Assembly: GCA_015063495.1 (NCBI GenBank)
Contig: SVUB01000002.1
Location: forward strand, 1-48,206
DNA from: Oscillospiraceae bacterium
GTDB lineage: Bacteria; Bacillota; Clostridia; Oscillospirales; CAG-272
Length of the DNA: 48,206 bases
Direction of reading: 5' to 3'
The position numbers were made by a program, and so were the translations under genes. Shown one piece after another: positions 26,472 through 34,779 of the stretch. The notes under the pieces were generated by a model that was given only the letters and a program-made list of their open reading frames with translations, searched no databases and was not told the DNA's origin. Each line of letters opens with the position of its first letter. Positions within the stretch are counted from its first letter, which is position 1.

Positions 26472-27056
26472 TTATTTCAGTAATTTTTCGATTCCAAAGA
26501 GTCTTCTGTATTTCAGAAAATAAAGTTTTATCAGCATGGTAAGCGCTATATCGTATGCAAAAAAGGTTATGTTTCCGAGTGTAAAAAGTGCAATTATATA
26601 TGGTTTTGTTATCCCCGGTAGTGTTAGCGCGAGAAGCGAGATAAGCACAAGAGCTCCCATCGAAGCATTAAAAACTACGAGCTTTATGATCCATTCAAGC
26701 ACTCTTATTCTCGTTCTCTCGAAAATACATTTTAGCATAGGATAGTATCCTGCAAAAAATACGTATATCAGAGCAGCAAATTTCTGTGGAAGAATAAGGA
26801 AGGATATTGCTCCCGTGACGGCAAAGACGAGCCACGGGTATGCACCGCCTATTTCTATAACGGTGATTATACATATCATAGAGGCAATGCAAGCCATTGA
26901 GATGTCAAGCACCTCGATAAGCGCACCGAGATACATAATAACTACTCCAAGAGCACAGAAAAGTGCAGAGAAGGCTATCTTCTTGCTCTTTTTTATATTC
27001 CTTTTAGGCAGGATACTGCCGTAGTCAATATTTATTCTGACAGGTATCTGGGGCAA
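26472..27056 (-). CDS. Polytopic membrane protein of unknown function (about 5 TM)
   Basis: Hydrophobic segments throughout. TTG start 7 nt after GGGAGG. It lies 24 nt downstream of the J-protein stop and 10 nt upstream of the VanZ gene. No catalytic motif recognised and no His residues. Confidence 0.5.
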   Translation of the reverse strand: MPQIPVRINIDYGSILPKRNIKKSKKIAFSALFCALGVVIMYLGALIEVLDISMACIASMICIITVIEIGGAYPWLVFAVTGAISFLILPQKFAALIYVFFAGYYPMLKCIFERTRIRVLEWIIKLVVFNASMGALVLISLLALTLPGITKPYIIALFTLGNITFFAYDIALTMLIKLYFLKYRRLFGIEKLLK

Positions 27057-27080
27057 ATCTATTGCCTCCCTTCAAAGATA

Positions 27081-27695
27081 TTAACAGCAGCTTATAAGGT
27101 CGCCGCCCATACATTCGCAGCAGCAGTCGGCGCAAAGCAGAGAAGTACATATATCACAGCCCGAGTAGTACGTGCCGCCGGATGTACGTGTGTTACCCAT
27201 ATTACCGAACGAGCGCATTCTCATTCGCATCATGTTGTATTCCGCATTTGAGGGGTCCATAGTGCAGGCCGTATCGAAATAGCGAGAAGCATCGAGGCTG
27301 TTTCCTTTTTTGAGCTCTATACAACCCATAAGGAAGTGCCATTCTGCCGCACGGTCGTTTGCGTCGGTTTCTGAGAGCAGTCTTTCGGCTTCGGCAATAT
27401 CACCGTTGTTTATCAGGACTCTTATTCTGTTAAATTTAGGATTTCCCGTTCCCGAGCTTGAGTTCGGTCCGTACGAGCTGTAAGAGCCTTGGGAGGATCC
27501 TGCACCCGAGCGGATTTTCTGAATCTCCTCGTATGCTGCATTTACTTCCTTCATTTTCTCACTTGCAAGGTCTGCAAGGTCGCTGTCACGGTATTTATCG
27601 GGGTGATATTTTCTTGCAAGGTCACGGTATGCCTTTTTTATTTCTTCGTCGCTTGCGCTCGGTGATACACCGAGTATCTTATATGGATCGGTCAT
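27081..27695 (-). CDS. J-domain protein with a G/S linker, a TPR-like segment and a Cys-rich C-terminal tail
   Basis: J domain [26 protein letters not shown] (HPD present). The tail is [26 protein letters not shown]. It lacks the DnaJ zinc-finger (CxxCxGxG) and C-terminal substrate domains. Confidence 0.85.
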   Translation of the reverse strand: MTDPYKILGVSPSASDEEIKKAYRDLARKYHPDKYRDSDLADLASEKMKEVNAAYEEIQKIRSGAGSSQGSYSSYGPNSSSGTGNPKFNRIRVLINNGDIAEAERLLSETDANDRAAEWHFLMGCIELKKGNSLDASRYFDTACTMDPSNAEYNMMRMRMRSFGNMGNTRTSGGTYYSGCDICTSLLCADCCCECMGGDLISCC

Positions 27696-28588
27696 TACAT
27701 TTCTCCGTTTTCATCAGTTGTCTTTATTTCGGTGCCACCAAGGAGAACCGCATCGGTCATCCTCGGCATTCCTTCGGTCAGAACGTTGCGTATAAGGCCC
27801 TCAAGGTCGCGTCTGCCGTCAAAATCAAGCAGATCGAAAGCAGACACCGCTTTACCGAGGACCGAGAGCATAGCCGCTTTTATATCGAGCTTTTTCTCTC
27901 TGTCAAGCTCTGCTCCGTCAAAAAGAAGGATAAAGGGATTGTAGCTTCCGGTCTTACGGTCCTTTTCTATATCGTCAAGAGCGTCGATAAGGTATATCCA
28001 GCGCCCGATAGCGGTGCCTATCGTCGCTCCGATGCGTTCTTTTTCTCCCTCTTCAATGCCAATTGTCATGATATCTGACATGAGCGCTCCAAAGAGTGCC
28101 GCAGGTTTATCTGCCGAGCGAGTTTTTTCTCTTTCGGTGCACCGAAGTGAGCTCAGATGCTCTTTTACACTTTTATCAAGCTCCAAGTAGCCTTTTTTGG
28201 CCTTTTTATACGAGTGAGAAAAGAGTGATTTTAAGAGAAGTGCGCCTATTTTCTTGAATCCTTTTTCATCGGTAACGTCATCAGCTATCTTATATTGAGT
28301 GAGAATGGCGGAGACGTGTGCCGAAAAGAGCAGGGCATCGTTTTTCTTCATCACGAGTCTCTTTTTCAGGGGATGAAGAAAGCAGCGCTTCTTATGGAAT
28401 TCCGGGATCTCGCCCGTCAGAGCAAGTCTTGCAAGAACGAGAAAGGTGATATCGTAGCTGAGCGTCATTCGGGAGAGAACGCCTATCTCGTCCCTCATAG
28501 CACGGCAAAGACCGCAGTATGCAGCTCTGTAATACTGATTTTCTATCATTTTAAGCTCAGGCGTATAAGGCTTTACGTATCCGAACAC
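27695..28588 (-). CDS. DUF5685-like protein with two Asp-rich motifs and an N-terminal CxxC...CxxH site
   Basis: (V)[26 protein letters not shown] resembles what I recall as the DUF5685 N-terminus. The likely start is GTG at 28588, 5 nt after GGGAGGTG (the track ORF starts at 28606). The stop overlaps the J-protein ATG (TAATG). Confidence 0.65.
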   Translation of the reverse strand: MFGYVKPYTPELKMIENQYYRAAYCGLCRAMRDEIGVLSRMTLSYDITFLVLARLALTGEIPEFHKKRCFLHPLKKRLVMKKNDALLFSAHVSAILTQYKIADDVTDEKGFKKIGALLLKSLFSHSYKKAKKGYLELDKSVKEHLSSLRCTEREKTRSADKPAALFGALMSDIMTIGIEEGEKERIGATIGTAIGRWIYLIDALDDIEKDRKTGSYNPFILLFDGAELDREKKLDIKAAMLSVLGKAVSAFDLLDFDGRRDLEGLIRNVLTEGMPRMTDAVLLGGTEIKTTDENGEM

Positions 28589-28682
28589 ACTCTCACCTCC
28601 CATCATCTATTTTATTCTACTACGTATTATAAGCTTTTACATCAATTATTTGTAAACTTTGAGGCAATATCTGTAAATTTTT

Positions 28683-28710
28683 GAGGGAGGCTCCTCTGAG
28701 CCTCCCCTAT
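28683..28710 (-). terminator. Rho-independent terminator of the EamA gene
   Basis: GGGAGGCTC, loop, GAGCCTCCC. The U-run is modest on the minus strand. Confidence 0.55.
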
Positions 28711-28711
28711 A

Positions 28712-29626
28712 TCACTTCTTTTTAATAAATCCGGGCATTTGAGCCACGATTATAGCAAGGAAGACGAGGGCACAGCCGATAAGCTCTCTGTAATCGAGAC
28801 GTTCCCCCAGGATCATCCAACCGCCGATAACGGCAAAAACGCTTTCAAGGCTCATCAGTATGCACGCAAGCGTAGGCTCGGTATATCTCTGACCTATTAT
28901 CTGCAGAGTATACGCAACACCGCTTGACATAATGCCAAGATAGAGTATAGAACCAATAGAACCTCCGACAGCACTCCAATCGGGCGTCTCAAAGATCACC
29001 ATACATATAAGTGAGAGAGTTCCCATAGTGAAGAACTGAATGCAGGAGAGAAGGATACCGTTGCTTTTTGCGACTGCTCTGTCTATTGAAAGTATCTGAA
29101 GGCAAAAGAAAAGTGCGCAGATGAAGACAAGGGCGTCACCCATATATACTCTTGATATCCCGCCTCCGAAGCAGAGAAGATACATTCCCGCAACGGCGAT
29201 AAGTACACCGCCCCAGACGAGAAGGTGTGTCTTTTTTCTGAAAATTACTGCACTGAAGCAGGGAACGAGTACTACGTAAAGAGCTGTAATAAATCCTGCT
29301 CTGCCCGAAGCGCCTGCGCCTTCGGGATAAATGCTGATTCCGTACTGCTGGAAGCTTGTTGCAATAAAAAGCGCAATACCGCAGATAACGCCTCCGACGG
29401 CAAGATCCTTTTTCTCCTGCCTTGTTCTAGGGAGCAGGTCAGGATTTTTTCTTGCGAGTACCGCGATGAGAATACCAAGAAAGAAAATAGCGATATAAGA
29501 GCGCAGAAAGTTAAAGGTAAAGGTGGGTATATTTGCTGCTCCCGAGGTCTGTGCAACGAACGCAAATCCCCAGATTATTGCGGCAAGCAGAAGGGAAGAT
29601 GAGCCTAAAGCTTTTCTTAAGTTCAT
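28712..29626 (-). CDS. DMT superfamily transporter (EamA family)
   Basis: Ten TM segments as two EamA repeats (IWGFAFVAQ.., ..LESVFAVIGGWMILGERL). Confidence 0.8.
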   Translation of the reverse strand: MNLRKALGSSSLLLAAIIWGFAFVAQTSGAANIPTFTFNFLRSYIAIFFLGILIAVLARKNPDLLPRTRQEKKDLAVGGVICGIALFIATSFQQYGISIYPEGAGASGRAGFITALYVVLVPCFSAVIFRKKTHLLVWGGVLIAVAGMYLLCFGGGISRVYMGDALVFICALFFCLQILSIDRAVAKSNGILLSCIQFFTMGTLSLICMVIFETPDWSAVGGSIGSILYLGIMSSGVAYTLQIIGQRYTEPTLACILMSLESVFAVIGGWMILGERLDYRELIGCALVFLAIIVAQMPGFIKKK

Positions 29627-29818
29627 AATACGATCCTTTGTTTTGAATGTACGTTAAATATTAATAAGTCATTAAAAATTTCAAAATATGCTTGAAATAC
29701 GGGAGAATATAGGTTATCATATATTATATATTCTTCCAAAAATCTATAATATTATAAATAAAAAAGCTCCAAATGTCAATAGTAAAGTGGCATTTGAAAA
29801 CAGAGGAAAGGAGACAAA

Positions 29819-30493
29819 ATGTTTGACATACTTGTGGTTGAAGACGACAGAAGCACACGGCTTCTTATGGAAACGGTACTAAGGCAAGGGGGATATAATC
29901 CCATACCTGCGAGTAATGGGCTTGAAGCGCTCGAAATAATGGACCATAAGCATATAGACCTTGTGCTCCTTGACGTTATGATGCCCGGCATGGATGGATA
30001 CGAATTTGCAAAAACGCTCAGAGAGGGGGGATCGTCTCTCCCTATCCTTATGGTCACGGCAAAGGAATCCCCTGCCGACAAAAAGCTCGGATTTCTTTCG
30101 GGAACGGACGATTATATGGTAAAGCCTGTGGACGAGGAGGAGATGCTTTTACGTATTGCGGCGCTTCTTCGCCGTTCGAGGATATCTGCAGAGCATAAGA
30201 TAAACGTTGGTGGAACAGTTCTCGATTACGATCGCCTCACGGTAAGCTGTATGGGTACCGAAACAGCTCTCCCACCAAAGGAATTTATGCTTTTATATAA
30301 GCTGCTCTCCTATCAGGGAAAGATATTTACAAGAGCCGCTATAATGGACGAGATATGGGATCTTGACAGTGAGTCGGATCCTCATACAGTTGACGTTCAT
30401 ATCAACCGTTTACGTGAAAAATTCGGTGAAAATCCGGATTTTGAGATAGTTACGGTAAGAGGTCTCGGATATAAGGCGGTAAGAAGATTATGA
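29819..30493 (+). CDS. OmpR-family response regulator
   Basis: Receiver domain (ILVVEDD.., DLVLLDVMMPGMDG, MVTAK) and a winged-helix output (LPPKEFMLLYKLL.., VRGLGYK). Confidence 0.92.
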   Translation: MFDILVVEDDRSTRLLMETVLRQGGYNPIPASNGLEALEIMDHKHIDLVLLDVMMPGMDGYEFAKTLREGGSSLPILMVTAKESPADKKLGFLSGTDDYMVKPVDEEEMLLRIAALLRRSRISAEHKINVGGTVLDYDRLTVSCMGTETALPPKEFMLLYKLLSYQGKIFTRAAIMDEIWDLDSESDPHTVDVHINRLREKFGENPDFEIVTVRGLGYKAVRRL

Positions 30494-31518
30494 ACCGTTT
30501 CAAAACTCTTCGAAATAAGGCGACTCTGCTCGTTATTGCAATAATGGCGGTCTCGGCGCTGCTTACGGGTGCTGCACTTATTTTTCTTATACATATAGGA
30601 GCTATTCCCACAGCCTTCAGAGCAAGAGTGTCGCTTATTCCGATAACTGTATGTGTGGGAAGCCTTATAGGCGCAGTCCTTGCCGCCTTTGCCATGCGAT
30701 ATTTCATAAAACCTCTTGACGAACTCGTTGCAGCGACAAAGAAGATAGCTGAGGGGGATTTCTCGGTAAGAGTCACCGAGCGCAAAAGCCTTGGGGAGAT
30801 AGCGACTCTTGTCCGTAATTTTAACAGTATGGCACAGGAGCTTGAGGGCACGGAGATGTTCAGAAGTGATTTTGTGAACAATTTTTCCCACGAATTCAAG
30901 ACTCCCATCGTCTCTATCAGAGGTTTTGCAAAGCAACTTAAGAGCGATGCCCTTTCAGAGGATGAGAGAAGGAAATATGCCGAGATAATAGCGGATGAGT
31001 GTGAGCGCCTTTCGAATATGTCGACAAACGTGCTTCTTCTCTCCAAGCTTCAGAATCTCGAGCTTATTACAGATAAATCAGCTTATTCTCTTGATGAGCA
31101 GATTCGCAGATCCGTACTTCTCTTTGCAAAGGATTGGGAAGCGAAAAATATCGATCTTGATATAGACCTTGAGGAGATAGATTATACGGGCAACGAGGAG
31201 ATAATGAGCCACGTTTGGGTGAATCTTATCGGAAATGCCGTTAAATACACTCCCGAGGGCGGACGTATATCCGTCAGAGCTATAAAAAAAGCTGACGAGA
31301 TAATAGTTAGAGTTTCCGATAACGGAATAGGAATGAGCAGGGCGGTGATGGAACGCATATTCGATAAGTTTTATCAGGGGGATGGCTCTCATACGGGTAG
31401 CGGAAACGGTCTCGGTCTGCCTCTTGTAAAGCGTATAATCGAGCTTTGCGGCGGAAGACTGACAGTAGAAAGCGAGCTTGGTGCAGGCTCGGAATTTTCC
31501 GTGTATATTCCTTTGTAA
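30490..31518 (+). CDS. Sensor histidine kinase with a minimal extracytoplasmic loop (intramembrane-sensing type)
   Basis: Two closely spaced TMs, a HAMP domain (PLDELVAATKKIAEGDF), H-box FSHEFKTPI, and the N, G1 and G2 boxes (NAVKYTP, DNGIGM, GNGLGL). ATGA overlap with the RR gene. Confidence 0.9.
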   Translation: MNRFKTLRNKATLLVIAIMAVSALLTGAALIFLIHIGAIPTAFRARVSLIPITVCVGSLIGAVLAAFAMRYFIKPLDELVAATKKIAEGDFSVRVTERKSLGEIATLVRNFNSMAQELEGTEMFRSDFVNNFSHEFKTPIVSIRGFAKQLKSDALSEDERRKYAEIIADECERLSNMSTNVLLLSKLQNLELITDKSAYSLDEQIRRSVLLFAKDWEAKNIDLDIDLEEIDYTGNEEIMSHVWVNLIGNAVKYTPEGGRISVRAIKKADEIIVRVSDNGIGMSRAVMERIFDKFYQGDGSHTGSGNGLGLPLVKRIIELCGGRLTVESELGAGSEFSVYIPL

Positions 31519-31647
31519 AAAATTCCCGTTTTGTTAATTTGCAGTTGATTTTAGGACTGTATAATAAATAAAACCGCAGAAATTTCGGTGTCATTTAATA
31601 TAAAGCATAAAAGCGGTCATATAATGTTATAATCGAGAGGTGTTTTT

Positions 31648-32049
31648 ATGAGATTTCGTGACCGTCTTGTCAGGTTTATGTACGGAAGATACGGTGCCGA
31701 TGAGCTTTACCGATTTTTAACTATTGCCTTTTACGTAGTCTTCTTTGTAAATCTTGTTGTGAGAAGCTACGTTTTGTCGGCGCTGACTATTGCTATACTT
31801 GTTTGGTCTGTGTTCAGAATGTTTTCAAAAAACATCTATGCACGACGACTTGAAAATCAAAAATATCTGAAGATAAAAAATTCCGTTGCCTCGTTCTTTA
31901 AGCTTGGGAAGGACAGATTCAGGGACAGAAAAACTCACGTATACAGAAAATGTCCAAAGTGCCGTGCCGTGCTCAGGCTTCCGAAAAGAAAGGGAAAGCA
32001 TACCGTAAGATGTCCGAGATGCTCGGATAGCTTTGAGGTCAAAGTATGA
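31648..32049 (+). CDS. Membrane protein with a C-terminal zinc ribbon
   Basis: Two TMs, then CPKC-16 aa-CPRC (31951-32022). It ends 18 nt upstream of the pgsA-like gene. Confidence 0.6.
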   Translation: MRFRDRLVRFMYGRYGADELYRFLTIAFYVVFFVNLVVRSYVLSALTIAILVWSVFRMFSKNIYARRLENQKYLKIKNSVASFFKLGKDRFRDRKTHVYRKCPKCRAVLRLPKRKGKHTVRCPRCSDSFEVKV

Positions 32050-32067
32050 AAAACAGGAGCTTAAAAT

Positions 32068-32643
32068 ATGTTTAAAAGATTCAAAGGGGAGTTCTTTACT
32101 ATCCCGAATATCCTTTCATACGTAAGGATAATACTTGTGCCGTTTATAGTGTGGTCATACTGCTCACTGCACATGTATTACCTTTCGGCGGCGCTTATAG
32201 TGCTCTCGGGCCTTACCGACTTCGTTGACGGGTATATCGCAAGACATTACGGTATGATAACCGATTTCGGGAAGATAATCGACCCTATTGCAGATAAGCT
32301 GACTCAGATAACGGTGGTTGCCTGTCTTGCATATAAATATCAGTTTATGTTCGTGCTTATCGGTGTGCTGATATTCAAGGAGATCTTCGTTGGTGTTATG
32401 GGATTTGCGGTACTTAAGGTCACAGACGTCGTTGACGGCTCGCGCTGGTACGGAAAGGTTGCTACGATAGTATTTTATCTTATAATGACCGTTCTTCTGG
32501 TGTTTAAGATGAGTGATGATATAGCAAATCTTCTGATACTCCTTTGCCTTATCGGCATGGTAGTCTCACTTGTGCTGTATACGGTAAGATATACAAGAAT
32601 ACTCGCTCACACCGTAAAGAAAACGGACAAGGTCGTAAAATAA
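32068..32643 (+). CDS. pgsA: CDP-alcohol phosphatidyltransferase (PgsA-like)
   Basis: Complete DG-x2-AR-x8-G-x3-D-x3-D motif: DGYIARHYGMITDFGKIIDPIAD. Confidence 0.8.
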   Translation: MFKRFKGEFFTIPNILSYVRIILVPFIVWSYCSLHMYYLSAALIVLSGLTDFVDGYIARHYGMITDFGKIIDPIADKLTQITVVACLAYKYQFMFVLIGVLIFKEIFVGVMGFAVLKVTDVVDGSRWYGKVATIVFYLIMTVLLVFKMSDDIANLLILLCLIGMVVSLVLYTVRYTRILAHTVKKTDKVVK

Positions 32644-32681
32644 AAGGAATGCTCACGTGAAGTGAGCATTCCTTTTATTTT
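32642..32681. terminator. Bidirectional rho-independent terminator
   Basis: AAGGAATGCTCAC, loop GTGAA, GTGAGCATTCCTT, followed by a T-run. Confidence 0.8.
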
Positions 32682-34609
32682 TCTGCGCTTTCGATATATC
32701 TCTTTGCCTGTGTGGAGAAAAGGGCATAATAGCGACCTTTCTTTTCCATAAGCTCGGAGTGCGTTCCTTCCTCTACCACAGCACCGTATTCAAGGACTAC
32801 AATTTTTGAAGCAATGGTAGCGCTTGAGAGGCGGTGAGAGACGAATATAGTCATCTTGTTTTGCCTTAACTCATCGAACTGATTGAATATCTCCTGCTCG
32901 GCGATGGCGTCAAGAGAAGCCGTAGGCTCGTCAAGGATAAGGATGTCGTTATTGCTGTAAAAGGCTCTTGCGATAGCGAGCTTTTGCCACTGACCTATAG
33001 AAAGCTCTATACCATTATGCTCAAAGGTGCGCATAAGCGGAGTATCAAATCCTGCGGGGAGCTTGTTTATATAATCGGTGGCATCCGCCTTTTCTGCGGC
33101 ATTCTTAATATCATCTTGGCTTAGCACTCGGTCTATATCCCCAAATGCAATATTTTCACTGACGGTAAAGGCGTATTTTCCAAAGTCCTGGAAAATGATT
33201 CCGAAGGTCTTGTAGACGTCGGCTATATCGTATGAGCGGATATCCTTGCCGTCAAGCAGTATAACGCCCTCGGTTGGGTCATATAGACGGGTAAGAAGCT
33301 TTATCAGCGTTGTTTTGCCTGCACCGTTGAGTCCTACCAGAACAACCGTATCCTCGGGGCCAAACTTAAGGTTAACGTTCTTTATAACCGGGCGGTCAGT
33401 GCCGGGATAAGAGAAGCTGACGTTGCAGAACTCTATAGTATGCGGTGCGCCGTGCTTTACCTTTTCGGGTTTCTTTTCATCAAGCGGAACAACCGACTGA
33501 CGCTCGTCCATAAAGGATATAAGGTTGTCTATAAAGAGTGTTCCCTCGTAGATAGTAGCCGATGTTCCTATAAGAGAAGCAACGCTTGCTGCAATTGAAG
33601 TGAGTGAATCTGTATAAAGAGAATAATCACCGAGCATTATCTTGCCCGTGAGCACCATAAAGGCTATCGCTGCAAAGAATGCGCAGTTTATTACTGCCGA
33701 GATTATTGCTATCGTTACGTGCCATATGTTTTCGGTCACTACAAGCTTTTTGATTCCGGAATAGTAGACCTTAAACACCTGGTCGAATCTTTCTATAAAC
33801 GAATCGGCAAGACCGAAGATGCGGATTTCCTTTGCGATATCCTTGTTTACCATAAGGTCGCTGTAATAGTTCATCTGGCGGCGCTCCTTCGACTTCCAGC
33901 GCATATAGAAGAAATTCTTGCGGCGGTAGGCAAAGTTTATTATAGCGGAAGGTATTGAGACGATGACCATAACGATAGATGCCCACCAGAGTCCGGGAGC
34001 CGACGTGAGAATAACAACGTAGGAAATAAGTCTGATAAGTGTGCTAATTACGGTAAATGTGGAATTAAGTATCTGCAGGGGTCTGTGACCTGCTTCTCTG
34101 TTTGCGTTTTCAAGCTTTTCGTAAAAAGCAGGACGGTCGAAGGCGGAGATGTCAAGCTCTCTTGCCTTTTTCATTATCTTTATCTTAACGCATCTTACTA
34201 TCTTCTCGCCCGATATTCTGAGTATTGCGGTGTTGAGCTGAGATATGACGCTATTGAGTATTTTAAATACGAACATAAAGATAAGCAGGAAAAATACGCT
34301 GTCTGCCGATATTGAAAGATTAAAGAAATCGGAGAGAGTAGCGCCCGAATTCCAGCCTGTCTGAAGTGCGTTGAGAAGATAACGGGATATATACGAGCTT
34401 ATGATCGGGGATACACCTTGAAACAGAGCGATAAGAGACATCGCTATCATTATAGACGGGCCTGTTTCCCACACGAGCTTAACTATGTATATAAGACGTG
34501 AGAAAAATCCACCGAGCAGCTCACGCAGATAGCGTGGAAGGTCACCTATGCCTTTGGGAGGGGCTATTTTTTTATATTCAAAATCACTTCCTCGGAACGG
34601 AGGGGGCAT
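32675..34609 (-). CDS. ABC exporter, fused permease and ATPase (type I exporter fold)
   Basis: Six-TM domain, then Walker A GLNGAGKTT, signature LSIGQWQK, and Walker B ILILDEPT. The ATG at 34609 is preferred over the track GTG at 34618 on RBS spacing. Confidence 0.88.
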   Translation of the reverse strand: MPPPFRGSDFEYKKIAPPKGIGDLPRYLRELLGGFFSRLIYIVKLVWETGPSIMIAMSLIALFQGVSPIISSYISRYLLNALQTGWNSGATLSDFFNLSISADSVFFLLIFMFVFKILNSVISQLNTAILRISGEKIVRCVKIKIMKKARELDISAFDRPAFYEKLENANREAGHRPLQILNSTFTVISTLIRLISYVVILTSAPGLWWASIVMVIVSIPSAIINFAYRRKNFFYMRWKSKERRQMNYYSDLMVNKDIAKEIRIFGLADSFIERFDQVFKVYYSGIKKLVVTENIWHVTIAIISAVINCAFFAAIAFMVLTGKIMLGDYSLYTDSLTSIAASVASLIGTSATIYEGTLFIDNLISFMDERQSVVPLDEKKPEKVKHGAPHTIEFCNVSFSYPGTDRPVIKNVNLKFGPEDTVVLVGLNGAGKTTLIKLLTRLYDPTEGVILLDGKDIRSYDIADVYKTFGIIFQDFGKYAFTVSENIAFGDIDRVLSQDDIKNAAEKADATDYINKLPAGFDTPLMRTFEHNGIELSIGQWQKLAIARAFYSNNDILILDEPTASLDAIAEQEIFNQFDELRQNKMTIFVSHRLSSATIASKIVVLEYGAVVEEGTHSELMEKKGRYYALFSTQAKRYIESAEK

Positions 34610-34719
34610 ATATCTCACCCTTTCATTAAAGTATCGTATTCATTTTACCACATATATCCTCAAAAGTCAACAAGCTTAAAAAACAGAAGAAAATAAATAT
34701 TTTTGTATCTTTTAATCGA

Positions 34720-34748
34720 TTGACAAAGGCGAGCCGGTATGTTACAAT
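34720..34748 (+). promoter_or_regulatory. Sigma-A promoter of the DUF218 gene
   Basis: TTGACA (34720-34725), 17 nt spacer, TACAAT (34743-34748). The track ORF start TTG is the first base triplet of the -35 hexamer. Confidence 0.55.
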
Positions 34749-34779
34749 TGTTTTAAGATTTCAAGGGACGGAGGGTACA

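Noticed and set aside
34720-34779. N-terminal 20-codon extension of the DUF218 ORF, starting at TTG 34720.
   Set aside because: That TTG is the first triplet of a TTGACA-17-TACAAT promoter. The ATG at 34780 has a GGAGGG RBS and starts the expected MKK.. TM segment.
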